64,000 nucleotides of DNA from Ignavibacteria bacterium (GTDB taxonomy: Bacteria > Bacteroidota > Ignavibacteria > Kapaibacteriales > Kapaibacteriaceae). The notes under the pieces are model-generated. The model saw only the letters and a program-made list of their open reading frames with translations. It was not told the DNA's origin and did not search any database. A program made the translations under genes and the position numbers. The stretch is taken from positions 7,291-71,290 of the forward strand of contig JACPPD010000015.1 of the NCBI GenBank assembly GCA_016191145.1, in the 5' to 3' direction. Shown piece after piece: positions 9,481 to 19,300 of this stretch. How positions within the stretch are numbered: position 1 is the stretch's first letter; each line of letters opens with the position of its first letter.

Positions 9481-9852
9481 ATGGGACGCCCATCAAGAAC
9501 AGGATCGCACCGCCATTCACTTCTTCTTCTGAGGGAAGAAGCTGCAAAGTTGTTGGGTGTCGGCAACGATGACTATGTCAAATTCCTGGTCGAAGAAGGA
9601 TACCTACGCGCCGTCTCCTATCGCTCGATGTCTTTTTACCATCGCGATGATATTATCAATCTGACACGCCAGGCTCTCAAGGTCGGATGGATGCCGACTG
9701 AAGATAAACCGTGGCCTGTCAATTATGCGGAGTACACCCCATGCCTGAATACGGCAACGCCAACGATCCATCCTCTGACCCTCGTCCACAAGACGAAGAG
9801 ATCAACGTCGCTGAAGAAAATTCAGAACTTCCTCAGGACTCCGACGACGTAG
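9481..9852 (+). CDS. Excisionase-like/MerR-type HTH protein
   Basis: LLREEAAKLLGV...LVEEGYLRAV...YHRDDI matches the Xis/HTH_17 pattern. Confidence 0.7.
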   Translation: MGRPSRTGSHRHSLLLLREEAAKLLGVGNDDYVKFLVEEGYLRAVSYRSMSFYHRDDIINLTRQALKVGWMPTEDKPWPVNYAEYTPCLNTATPTIHPLTLVHKTKRSTSLKKIQNFLRTPTT

Positions 9853-10247
9853 AATTTGACGATCCCCAGGAACAAGGGATGGTAGACCTCTTCTTTTGCC
9901 GACGCGAGTCGGTCTTTCATGTGTTGAATATGCTCACGATCATACCGGCTGCCGAGCTTGAAGGGGCCGAATCTGTCGGTGCTATGCCACAAGGACGTGT
10001 CTATGTCTCCTATGTCTCGAAGCTGCGTGTGATCGCAGACCAGGAGACGGCGAAAGCTCACATGCTCTCGATGGGCCGTGAGCATGATGAGGCGTACGAA
10101 CACGACGTCCTGACGCTGCGTGAAATTGAAAGATATGAGTACCCCATCATTGTGCCAGGTCTCAACAAGCCCTTTGGGATCGATATCAATGATCTCGTGC
10201 GCATACAAGATGTTGGATTGGTTGAAGTAGGAGCCTTTGGGCCCTGA
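9741..10247 (+). CDS. Hypothetical protein, acidic N-terminus
   Basis: Open frame in the early operon; likely ATG at 9741. Confidence 0.6.
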   Translation: MPEYGNANDPSSDPRPQDEEINVAEENSELPQDSDDVEFDDPQEQGMVDLFFCRRESVFHVLNMLTIIPAAELEGAESVGAMPQGRVYVSYVSKLRVIADQETAKAHMLSMGREHDEAYEHDVLTLREIERYEYPIIVPGLNKPFGIDINDLVRIQDVGLVEVGAFGP

Positions 10248-10395
10248 AAGGCCAGACCGCAGACTATGCCTCAATCATCATCGGCAGCCATACAGGGATT
10301 GACTTCGGCATAAAACAGACATGATGCCCATAAGAGGTTGACGCATTGCAGGCACTGACATCGCAAAACAGAAGTGAATTTACACAGGAGGGATA

Positions 10396-10950
10396 ATGAT
10401 GACGCCGGACGTCCGAGGCCAGAGCGCTGGCAGCATTAATACGGTCACTGAGGACGCATCAGAGACTTTGGATCTACCGAAACCCTTTATCAAGGGGTGG
10501 GAAATAGAGTCGATCCTTAAGCGATCAGGGTACCTGCGTTCCGAGGCCGCTATCCTGTGCAGTATGAATCCAAAGACGTTTCGTGAGCGCATCTCAAAAA
10601 CCCATTCCACAGTCTTTCCGCAGAAGTTGACCGATCAGCTGCGTATCAGAATTGGAACTGACGTCTTCGACGCTGCACTCCATGAAATACGCAGTGGCAC
10701 CCGCTCGACGCTCTGGGTCAACGGTGAGGAACTGCTGTCGATGCTGCGCTATTATGGGTGGTCAAATTCGTATTACGCCAAGCGCCTAGGTAAAAGCGCT
10801 TCCTGGGTCTCGAGTACCCTCCTGTTCGGCAACTATCAGTCTGCCGTACCCATCCGGTGGGTTTCTGCCACACGCAAGCTTCTCAGCCTTGAGCGATTCG
10901 ATTCGATTCTGGCCGGCATCCGACGCATTGCTTCAGGAGTAGAGCAATGA
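10396..10950 (+). CDS. Putative DNA-binding protein with two HTH-like units
   Basis: AGGAGG SD; SEAAILCSMNPKTF and YYAKRLGKSASWVS helical repeats. Confidence 0.6.
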   Translation: MMTPDVRGQSAGSINTVTEDASETLDLPKPFIKGWEIESILKRSGYLRSEAAILCSMNPKTFRERISKTHSTVFPQKLTDQLRIRIGTDVFDAALHEIRSGTRSTLWVNGEELLSMLRYYGWSNSYYAKRLGKSASWVSSTLLFGNYQSAVPIRWVSATRKLLSLERFDSILAGIRRIASGVEQ

Positions 10951-11333
10951 GGCAGACAACACTGTCATGTTTTAATGGTATAGAGGCAGGCCGCGAGATC
11001 TGTGAGCTTCAGCAGTGGCATACCCATCTGATGCTCGGAATGCTCTCTCATACCCGCCTAACGATGGGAATGGAGTTGTTTGCGGCACAGATTAAACGTA
11101 AAACACAGCCTGATCATGAAGGGGTGTTGTCAGTCAAAGCATTTCATGCCATCATGGAACGATGTCGCAAGGCAGTCCGCACATTCCATGTACATGGATC
11201 GCTGTCGAACGACAGATCGTTTATTGTAAAAGTCAAAGGATGCTGGGACGCCGAAGAAGCGTCCTATCTGGCGCTCATCACACTTTCTGCGATCGACTCG
11301 ACAGCTTCTATAGCGGAGATCCATGAAATCTAA
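10947..11333 (+). CDS. Hypothetical protein
   Basis: ATGA-coupled ORF in the early operon. Confidence 0.6.
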   Translation: MRQTTLSCFNGIEAGREICELQQWHTHLMLGMLSHTRLTMGMELFAAQIKRKTQPDHEGVLSVKAFHAIMERCRKAVRTFHVHGSLSNDRSFIVKVKGCWDAEEASYLALITLSAIDSTASIAEIHEI

Positions 11334-12336
11334 CATCAATATGGATCTGTTAACACTGGTCCGTTTCGAAGAGCGTGATACGCCACCCCAGGAACGTCTG
11401 GTTTATCTGGCGCTGCTCGTTAACAAACACGTGCATGAGTCTGGCTTTTATGAAATCGGCATCAAGGCACTGAAGCGCCTCACCGGCTTGACGGATGAAG
11501 AACTGACGATAGCACTCGAGAACCTTGAGCAGGCCGGTTTTATCGTCTACGACAGGCCATGGTTGTATATCGAGCAGGTCAGAACGGCATTTCACTGGCT
11601 CATGTTTCATGGCCGCGAAAGCCAGGCTCACGAGCTTGTCAGGCGGCACTCCATTGTGCTCAACGACAACAGGGCCTGGCAGTCGTGGGTTAGATTTACC
11701 AGCATCATGCTCGGCGACGATATGCCGAAAATTGGTGCGCGGCCTGCCGTAAAGATTTTTTTTCAGCCCTTTCAGGATGTCGAAGACCGGCCTGATGATG
11801 CTGAAACCACCAAGTCCCATGATGTGCTCTCGGCAGCATCACTACTGCCTATGCAGCGGGTAACGACCCCCTCTCTACCCCATAGGCAGGGGGTAACGAC
11901 CCCCTCTCTACCCGATAAGCAGGGGGTAAGCACCCCCTCTCTACCTGATAAGCAGGGGGTAAGCACCCCGTCTCTACCCGATAAGCAGGGGGTAAGCACC
12001 CCATCTCTACCCGATAAGCAGGGGGTAAGCACCCCATCTCTACCCGATAAGCAGGGGGTAAGCACCCCATCTGTACCCCCTGCCGATACCCTACCTACCC
12101 CGTCTATACCCCCTGCTGATACCGTAGCTATACCATATCAATACCCTGACGATCCCGTTAATACCTTCCAAAAAGCTCTTATACCCCCTACCTATGGGGT
12201 AAGCACAGGGTACGTACCCCCACCTAAGACTAATACTACTCTTCTTTCTGTAGAAAGAGAAGAGGGGGTGCGGGGGGGAAGAGAAAACAACGACGACGAA
12301 CCAAATCATTCAACCGACGAGGATACACTGCCATGA
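11323..12336 (+). CDS. Putative replication initiator (N-terminal winged HTH) with internal repeats
   Basis: LVYLALL...SGFYEIGIKALKRLTGL...ALENLEQAGFIVYD resembles phage initiator wHTH; 11-aa repeats TPSLPDKQGVS. Confidence 0.65.
   Translation: MKSNINMDLLTLVRFEERDTPPQERLVYLALLVNKHVHESGFYEIGIKALKRLTGLTDEELTIALENLEQAGFIVYDRPWLYIEQVRTAFHWLMFHGRESQAHELVRRHSIVLNDNRAWQSWVRFTSIMLGDDMPKIGARPAVKIFFQPFQDVEDRPDDAETTKSHDVLSAASLLPMQRVTTPSLPHRQGVTTPSLPDKQGVSTPSLPDKQGVSTPSLPDKQGVSTPSLPDKQGVSTPSLPDKQGVSTPSVPPADTLPTPSIPPADTVAIPYQYPDDPVNTFQKALIPPTYGVSTGYVPPPKTNTTLLSVEREEGVRGGRENNDDEPNHSTDEDTLP
11853..12083. repeat. Seven 33-bp tandem repeats, candidate iteron origin
   Basis: Unit gcagggggtaagcaccccatctctacccgataa starting at 11853, 11886, 11919, 11952, 11985, 12018, 12051; each holds a GGGGT-N4-ACCCC-type palindrome. 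Confidence 0.85.
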
Positions 12337-12911
12337 GTCACCTCAAAGCCCCTATGCCGCTTCGCACGGCGTTTACATTTTGCTCCCCTGCTGATGGATC
12401 GGCGATTGTTTCGTTCGATGCCAACGAGAGCCTCCCTGAGACCGTTAATCCGATGTGGGCTAGCCTACAGAGCGCTGAGTTGCTCGGAGATTGTAGCTAC
12501 ACACACCGCCTCCGCGAGTTGCAGGGCTGGTCGGTGAGCTCACGCCTTGCCTGGATGGCTGTCGTCCTGTGCTTGTGGCCACATCAGGTCCCCGTGTGGG
12601 TGCCGCAGTCTGCGGAGGTTTGCCTGTGTGTTTGGCAGTGGATGCGCAGACGCTATTTCGTTTTCCATGAGGGTGTCGCCGAGGTAACCCTCTTTGCGCA
12701 CTGGACGGCTGTCAACGAGCTCAACGCCGCATTTCTCGATGACCTGGGAAGGTTTACCACCGATGAGGAGCGCCTGACGTACCTCAAAGCTTTTTCGACA
12801 GAGCGCCGCAAAACACCGAGTGGTTATCGCCGCACGCGTCAGAAGCGGCGCCTGATGGTGAGGAAAACGTCGGATATGATCAACATGATCGACAGAGGGG
12901 AGATGAGCTGA
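12333..12911 (+). CDS. Hypothetical protein
   Basis: Coupled ORF in the early operon. Confidence 0.6.
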   Translation: MSHLKAPMPLRTAFTFCSPADGSAIVSFDANESLPETVNPMWASLQSAELLGDCSYTHRLRELQGWSVSSRLAWMAVVLCLWPHQVPVWVPQSAEVCLCVWQWMRRRYFVFHEGVAEVTLFAHWTAVNELNAAFLDDLGRFTTDEERLTYLKAFSTERRKTPSGYRRTRQKRRLMVRKTSDMINMIDRGEMS

Positions 12912-13552
12912 TGCATACCGCCCCCCCCCTAACAACAGAGATCATGACCGACGCAGAGATCAAGCGGTGGCTCAACGCGCTGGCACGTGACTTACAGGTG
13001 TTGCGCCATGAGGTTCATGACGCTGAGTTCTGGGATGAGATTCGAAAACGCCTGTTACGCGCCGGCTACCGCCATAGCCGTGCTGCGTCGGCAGCAGAGT
13101 GGATCATCCGTGGTGAGAGGCGCTACAAGAGGACGACGACGTATCAGGATTTCTACCCAACACGAGAGATGCTCGAGTCACTGGAATTGACGCTGATACC
13201 CGTGTCGTCGCTGCACCGGCTGTTGGCCGAACAGCGGGAGCGCCTCCGACGTGAATATGACGACGAGATCTTACGCCGTGAGCAGCAAGATCCTGCATTC
13301 TCAGAACGACGACGCGACACCGTCGAGGCCGCACGCATGCAGTTGCAAGCTCTCGACGCCTTGAACGCGATGTCGGATCTGAGAGCTGAACTGGCGGCGC
13401 GCCAGCACGATATCACACGCCTGCAAGCTCAGATAGAATCGCTCAAGGCTGAACTTCGCTTGCTCAGGCAGCAGAGAGGCTGGAAGCATCAGTCGGAGGC
13501 GAGCCTGGAAGCTCTCAGACAAGAAGAGCTCGCGGCAGGGGGTGCGCTATGA
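12911..13552 (+). CDS. Hypothetical coiled-coil protein
   Basis: Coupled ORF; heptad-rich C-terminal half. Confidence 0.65.
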   Translation: MHTAPPLTTEIMTDAEIKRWLNALARDLQVLRHEVHDAEFWDEIRKRLLRAGYRHSRAASAAEWIIRGERRYKRTTTYQDFYPTREMLESLELTLIPVSSLHRLLAEQRERLRREYDDEILRREQQDPAFSERRRDTVEAARMQLQALDALNAMSDLRAELAARQHDITRLQAQIESLKAELRLLRQQRGWKHQSEASLEALRQEELAAGGAL

Positions 13553-13794
13553 GTCACGGCGTCAACACGACAGCAGACGACGGCGCGACAAGCTGTGTGC
13601 ACCATCACACCGAAACGATCATCTGCCCATATTGCAACGCCGATAACGGCGTGCTCAAACACAGTAGACACGACTCTATTTCGGCATATCTGTGCCGTTC
13701 ATGCAAGCGCTATTTCCGTATCGTAATTGAAAAGAACCACGTCTTTACGACTGCACCCCTAGGCAATAACGGCAACAACGGGAGTTCGTCATGA
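13549..13794 (+). CDS. Small zinc-ribbon protein
   Basis: CPYC...CRSC. Confidence 0.65.
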   Translation: MSHGVNTTADDGATSCVHHHTETIICPYCNADNGVLKHSRHDSISAYLCRSCKRYFRIVIEKNHVFTTAPLGNNGNNGSSS

Positions 13795-14390
13795 CAGTGC
13801 TGGAAAAAGGGAAATTCATCGTTGGCGCCTCAGTGCTAAGGGAACACACTGCCCGACTTCATGGGATGTTGACACTGGTCAAGAACCTGGAACAACGATC
13901 GCCCGACGACAACACTCTGCGCGTAGTTTGCGCTGAATTTAGATCACTCGTCCGTAACTTTGAGAATATTCTAAACGTTGCCGGTGCTGAAACCTACCGG
14001 ATACGAAGTCGTCTGAAAAAAGAAGCGGCTCAACAGCAGAAGACGTCTGAAGCTACAACCACGGGCGCGCAGGCACAGAGTCTGCTGTCGGCAGAGTTAT
14101 TAAGGTGGCTCATAGGCAAAGGAGGTATCAAAGCAGGCTCGCAAAAGTGGGACGCCACACTGCCGGTGATGATGATGCCTTCAAAAGTCTTCATTGCAAC
14201 CGTCATGGCCCTTGTCGACCAGATATCGCTCATCAGCCATCAAGGGAACGCTCCCGATGACCCGCACGATATCATCGATCGTACGGAATTTCTGAGTCAG
14301 CTTTTTGAGACACACTTTTATAAATTGACGGCTAATCAATACATGCAGGATTACGAGCAGCCACCAATTTTTGAGTTGAACAAGGAATGA
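13791..14390 (+). CDS. Hypothetical protein
   Basis: Coupled ORF, helical composition. Confidence 0.6.
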   Translation: MTVLEKGKFIVGASVLREHTARLHGMLTLVKNLEQRSPDDNTLRVVCAEFRSLVRNFENILNVAGAETYRIRSRLKKEAAQQQKTSEATTTGAQAQSLLSAELLRWLIGKGGIKAGSQKWDATLPVMMMPSKVFIATVMALVDQISLISHQGNAPDDPHDIIDRTEFLSQLFETHFYKLTANQYMQDYEQPPIFELNKE

Positions 14391-14521
14391 CCTATCTTGA
14401 CTTGGGCGCGTGCGCCTGCGCGCGCCGCGCCTCCTCAGGGCAGCAGCACACAGCGTGAAGGCGTCGGCGCACCCGTATACAGAGAACACTTTTTTTACAT
14501 CACTTCGGGAAAACCCACCAC

Positions 14522-14968
14522 ATGAAACTGTACCTGTGTAGTGCCCTCGTGGCCTTGATAGCCCTGGTAGCAGGATGTTCGTCGCAGACAGAACCACAAC
14601 AGAGCGCACCGCTGACAAGTTTTTCTCAAGTCAGCGGCCTGTATTTGATGATCGTAGATCCACCCCTCAAGGAGTGGAAGTATATGGCAACATGGCGATT
14701 TTGGCCTACCACCAACGACACAATTACCATTGGTCGTTATACCCGCAATCCCGCCCTTGGTAATCTTCCTACACCCTATGAACGTCGCTTCGTCGTTAGC
14801 GGGCTGTCGGCTACCATGTTTCACGAACCGTGGATCATAGGTGAATATGACACGGTGACCATTACGCTACGGCCAACGTCAACAAAAGAAAATCTCGTTG
14901 GCACGCTAACCTGGAACGACCAGACGACGAGCTTCACGGCAAGGCCCGTGCAGACAATTGAATGGTAG
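14522..14968 (+). CDS. Lipoprotein
   Basis: Signal peptide with lipobox LVAGC. Confidence 0.75.
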   Translation: MKLYLCSALVALIALVAGCSSQTEPQQSAPLTSFSQVSGLYLMIVDPPLKEWKYMATWRFWPTTNDTITIGRYTRNPALGNLPTPYERRFVVSGLSATMFHEPWIIGEYDTVTITLRPTSTKENLVGTLTWNDQTTSFTARPVQTIEW

Positions 14969-15037
14969 ACCACGCCGTTTCGTTTCGACATCGTTTTGTC
15001 CGTGGCGCGTAAACAGTGCTGTGTTCAAAAAACTCAC

Positions 15038-15178
15038 CTACAAGCCCCCCCTTTTTGAAAATCCGGCCAACTCCAGCGCCTCGGCATCATTCGTAGCCGC
15101 GATGATCACGGTCGAATGATTACTTGCACGCAAGCTCATCAGCCGCGCGGCTTCGAGCTGATGTTGATTTTCAATCAT
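15038..15178 (-). CDS. Small hypothetical protein (46 aa)
   Basis: Manual translation MIENQHQLEAARLMSLRAS...; GGAGAG upstream; below the ORF-track cutoff. Confidence 0.4.
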   Translation of the reverse strand: MIENQHQLEAARLMSLRASNHSTVIIAATNDAEALELAGFSKRGGL

Positions 15179-15216
15179 AGAACACTCTCCGTCATGGAGT
15201 CAAAAATAGAATAGTA

Positions 15217-15624
15217 TTATCTACTAGCGATGACACGGCTCAGGAATTTCTTCGCCGCCTCTGCTGCTGCATCAACGACGGACGTCGCCAGTTGATCGAG
15301 AGCTTCGTTGATGGCCTCTTTGACTTTCGTTGGACCGTCAGCCACGACGTGCGATGACATTTCACTGTCGTTGTGTTCCACATCGTAACTATGCCTGGCG
15401 GCGGTCTCGGCGCTGGCTACTTTTTCGTCGCGAGTACAACTACGTCGACATCGTTTGATACGTCGGCTTTCCAGCGAACGCAGGCACTGCTGGTATTCAT
15501 GCTGGATTTCATGCCATGTTTCAATGCTTGCGTTGCCGACAATGTCGGGATGATACTTCTTCGCCAGCTCATGCCAGCGGCGTGTAGCACTTTTTTCTGT
15601 GCGTATGTTACTGAAATATTTCAT
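15217..15624 (-). CDS. J-domain (DnaJ-like) protein
   Basis: RRWHELAKKYHPD...WHEIQHEY with intact HPD motif. Confidence 0.8.
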   Translation of the reverse strand: MKYFSNIRTEKSATRRWHELAKKYHPDIVGNASIETWHEIQHEYQQCLRSLESRRIKRCRRSCTRDEKVASAETAARHSYDVEHNDSEMSSHVVADGPTKVKEAINEALDQLATSVVDAAAEAAKKFLSRVIASR

Positions 15625-15680
15625 AGCGACGTCGAGGGTATAGCTGCTTTGGGCGTCCCTTTACTCATGGCCACGAACGC

Positions 15681-16355
15681 TCATGTACCGGAAAAGATAA
15701 AGAATTCAGACTCGGTAGCGCCAAACCGATTTTTCGTATGGCAGATAAAACGATCGTTGCCGCGTTTCTCGGTCATGAACGTCGACATCACGTTATGTTC
15801 ATTTGTGGACCTTCCTGCGGCCACCTTGCGATTTTTCGTTGTCTGGGCAGCAAAGGTAAAGCCTATGTCTTTATAAAGCTTTGCAAGGTGAATGATGTCG
15901 GCATCCGAGATGTCTTCCCCTTCAGTTTCTGCCGTCGAGACAAGAGCGTTGATAGAGTCGACGATGGCAAAATCATACCGGCCGCTGTCAAGGTACTGAC
16001 GAAGCTGGGAGAGAGTTTCTACTTCCGGCATGACAACAAGGTATGGTTTGACGCCTGTCATCTTAATGCGTTCCTGAATGGTCCCCGACGCGTGGAGCTC
16101 TTCAGCTGTCGCATAGAGGACCCTGCCGTGTCGCGAGAGCTCATTAGCCCACAGTAGGAGCCACGTCGATTTACCGGTACCAGGGGCACCGGAGACCTGC
16201 ATGGACCATCCAGAGTTTTTTGGCAACCGGCCAACGAATTTCAGGTACCGCGGCGTGAGCTTGATATGCTCGACGTGCATGTTCATGATCTCGGCCACCG
16301 TAGGCGGCTTAAGCATCGGCGAGCTTTTTGTCGGGTGTGGTAGCTCCTTGATCAT
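15681..16355 (-). CDS. RadA/Sms-like RecA-fold ATPase (ATPase domain only)
   Basis: Walker A GAPGTGKS, VLYATAEE, Walker B AIVDSI, KNRFG motif. Confidence 0.85.
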   Translation of the reverse strand: MIKELPHPTKSSPMLKPPTVAEIMNMHVEHIKLTPRYLKFVGRLPKNSGWSMQVSGAPGTGKSTWLLLWANELSRHGRVLYATAEELHASGTIQERIKMTGVKPYLVVMPEVETLSQLRQYLDSGRYDFAIVDSINALVSTAETEGEDISDADIIHLAKLYKDIGFTFAAQTTKNRKVAAGRSTNEHNVMSTFMTEKRGNDRFICHTKNRFGATESEFFIFSGT

Positions 16356-19300
16356 GACAGCACGGGCATCATATCATCGTGCATCTGGGCGTCGTCGGCA
16401 ACCGCAGGCATCTCGTGGCGTGCTCCATACGGTTTCTGCGACAGCAGCTCCCACCGTTCACGATAGCCATAGGTGTCACGACGCTGAAAGGCATATTTTT
16501 TCAACTCATCAAATTCAAGGACATCAATGGTATCGTGTTCGACTTTTGCGCGGTCTTCGTCGGGATGGTGGTTCAATTCATACGAAGGGGTCTTGAGCCA
16601 CATACGTCGCTCGATGGCAATCTCGTTGGGTGTGACACCGCTGACGGTAACAGAAAGAAATCGCTCCCGTCCAGATGTGCCATACTTGTAATACCACTGG
16701 TCTCCTACCTTGACTGCAACAGGCGACGGCCTGGCCTCTGCCGGCTTCGAAAGGACATAGCCAAGGATAGACTTGACTTCGCGTCCATCGTCGGTCTTCA
16801 GATCATAACGGTAGCTGTCGCCTTCGATCATCGGAGGACGAACATTGGTTATCGTGCCAAGGGTTGCTATGGCGACATTAGCAAAGTCAATGGCCTCGAG
16901 TGTTGTAACGCGATCGCCAATATCGAAGGGTTTACCTACTGAAGCTATCGATTTGACACGGGCATCGATGACATTCAACAGCTGCTCGAGAGTGGTCGTA
17001 AACCTTTCCGAGGAGCGATCTGAGTAGAGGGCCCCTAAGTATGAACCGTTATAGCGTCGATAACTCTCGACAGGGTTTGGCTTCAGCGACAACTCTTCGA
17101 TAAGATCTTTGTGTGTTGTCAGAAATGTCGTCAAGTCGTCACGGCTGCGTCCCCCAACAGAGAGCAGTGTATTCTTGGGAGTACCGGAAACCTCAACATA
17201 CAGCGGTACATTGTTCGGCATTGTCCATCCCTCCCAGCGTCTGTTCGTCTTTACAAGCAACGGATGACGCCGTTTCGTTTCGGCTTCAGCAACCCTCGCC
17301 GTTGGCACAATCAACGATGTTGCCGATGCTTCATCTCCTTCTTCGGCAGAAGCCATCTGTGCAGGATCCAGGCGACTGGACTCCCCTTCAACCGTTGCAG
17401 CCAGGGTAGCAAACTTTGTTGCAAGGATGCGTGAGAGCCACCTGTCGACGTCAGTGTTTTCTGAGAAAATGAAGTGCGCATACGATCGGCTTGCCGTTTT
17501 GGCGCGCACGACGCGACCGATGGCCTGCATGACGTTGATAAAAGACAACGGCGCCGTGACGATGACCATTTCGCGTGGGTTTTTACCCGTCGTATCATCG
17601 AGGTTTATGCCCGTACCGCCACTGGTTATCGTACCAATGAGGACACGCAGCTTACCTTTCTGGAAATTATCGACATTCTCAAGGCGACGGTAATTCTCAT
17701 AGTCATTCTCGGTGCCGATGAGAACGCCAACTTTATCGTCACCATAGCGCTGCGAAAGTATCCTGGCAAGGGTCTCCGTGGCACCGGACTTAGCCGATCC
17801 TGTGGCCATCCGCGTATCGTCACCGGTGTAGGTCGTGGCAACGAAGACGACGACCTGACGACCGCGTTTCACAGCGGCGTCAATCAGTTCGAGGGCTTTC
17901 TCAATTTTATAGGACTCCAATTCCTGCAACATAACCGAGTAGGCTGCCATCCAATCGGTGACCTGGCGTCCATTGACATAATCGGTGTAATGGTCAACAA
18001 TTTTTTCCATCAGTGCCAGCGCCGACTCAGGGGCGTTGAATTTGTGCATCGTCACGGTGAGATTTGTCAGCTCCAGCTCACGGCGTAACATAGCACCCTC
18101 TTCGGTAGCCAGGTAAAAAATCCGCTGCATTTCGGCGTTGGCACGTTTGAACTCAAACGGGTCCATCTTACCATTCATTTTCCACCGTCCAGGTTGAACG
18201 AGGTCTCCCTTGGTATTCTTTTTCGGAGCCTGCCATTCATAACCGATGGCACGCATGCCCATGCGGTATTCGGCGTCATCACGCCAGAAACCGAGTTTCT
18301 TTAGATATAATACATCCTGTGGCCTGTCGGTAGGCGTTGCCGTCGTGTACATAACGCGTTTGGCGTTATTGACGAGTGTCAGAGCCAGCCGTGCTCGGTT
18401 CGACTGTGAGTCGGCATCCAGACCGTCCCCAGCGTTCTTGATTGAATGGGCTTCGTCAAAGATGATCACGGGAGCATCTTTTGCAAAGGCAGCCATAGCC
18501 TTGGCAATAGCCATATCATGGGCTTCACGCGCTTGCTGCAATTGTGCTGCTGCGGGATGCTCATCGATGTCTTCATCCCATAGGGCTTTGCGGCGGCGCT
18601 CAAATTCAGCTGAGATACCCTCGGTACCTCGCGGCTTCGTACGCTTGCCGTTGACTTTTGGATATTTTTGATCGAGCTCTTCTCGAAGTGCGTTGATGTG
18701 CGACTTATAAATGCGCAGTTGCTCACGATAAAGTCCGTCGGCCAAGTCAAGGGTTGATTGTGTCGACTCCAAACCTGTCCAATTTGAAAGGGTATTATAT
18801 GTTGCGATATTGATGCCGTTGCGCAATGGCTTATCTTGCTGTGCCAGGTAAACCGATGGCGTCGACACATCATCATAGAGACCCTTATAGTTACGCGGTT
18901 TCTTCGGTAGATCTTTTCCTGAAGCCGTGTCGATGCGATCGGGAGTCTTCCACCCTAGTTTCTGAGCATCACCAAAGAAGCTCCCTTGTATCACGCGGTC
19001 TGAGACCGTAAAAATCAAGACCGGTTTGTGCTCTTGGAGCCAATAGTGCCGTGCTACTATCAGCTGTTGAAGTGTCTTGCCGACGCCCGTACCATCGGCC
19101 AGTAAGAACCCCCCGTTCTTGTCAAGGCCTTCGACGGCTTTGTTGACACCTTCGAAGATCTCAGGCTTAATGAACTCGTGTTTACGCAGCGATGGATCTA
19201 CAATGTCAATCGTAGCAGGCTTGGTAGCCAGACGCCGTGCAGTGATCGTCTGTGGCGGCCTGAAGTCATGGTCTATTGCTGTCCCCGCCTGTGGGATGTC

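Noticed and set aside
9079-9566. Long N-terminal extensions of the repressor and xis ORFs in the track
   Set aside because: They overlap each other across the divergent promoter region; the domains start later (9314 and 9481)
11853-12083. CRISPR array
   Set aside because: Units are contiguous with no unique spacers, lie in frame within a CDS, and no cas genes are present
15681-16355. Host radA gene
   Set aside because: Half the normal length, lacks Zn finger and Lon-like domain, and lies within the att-bounded element
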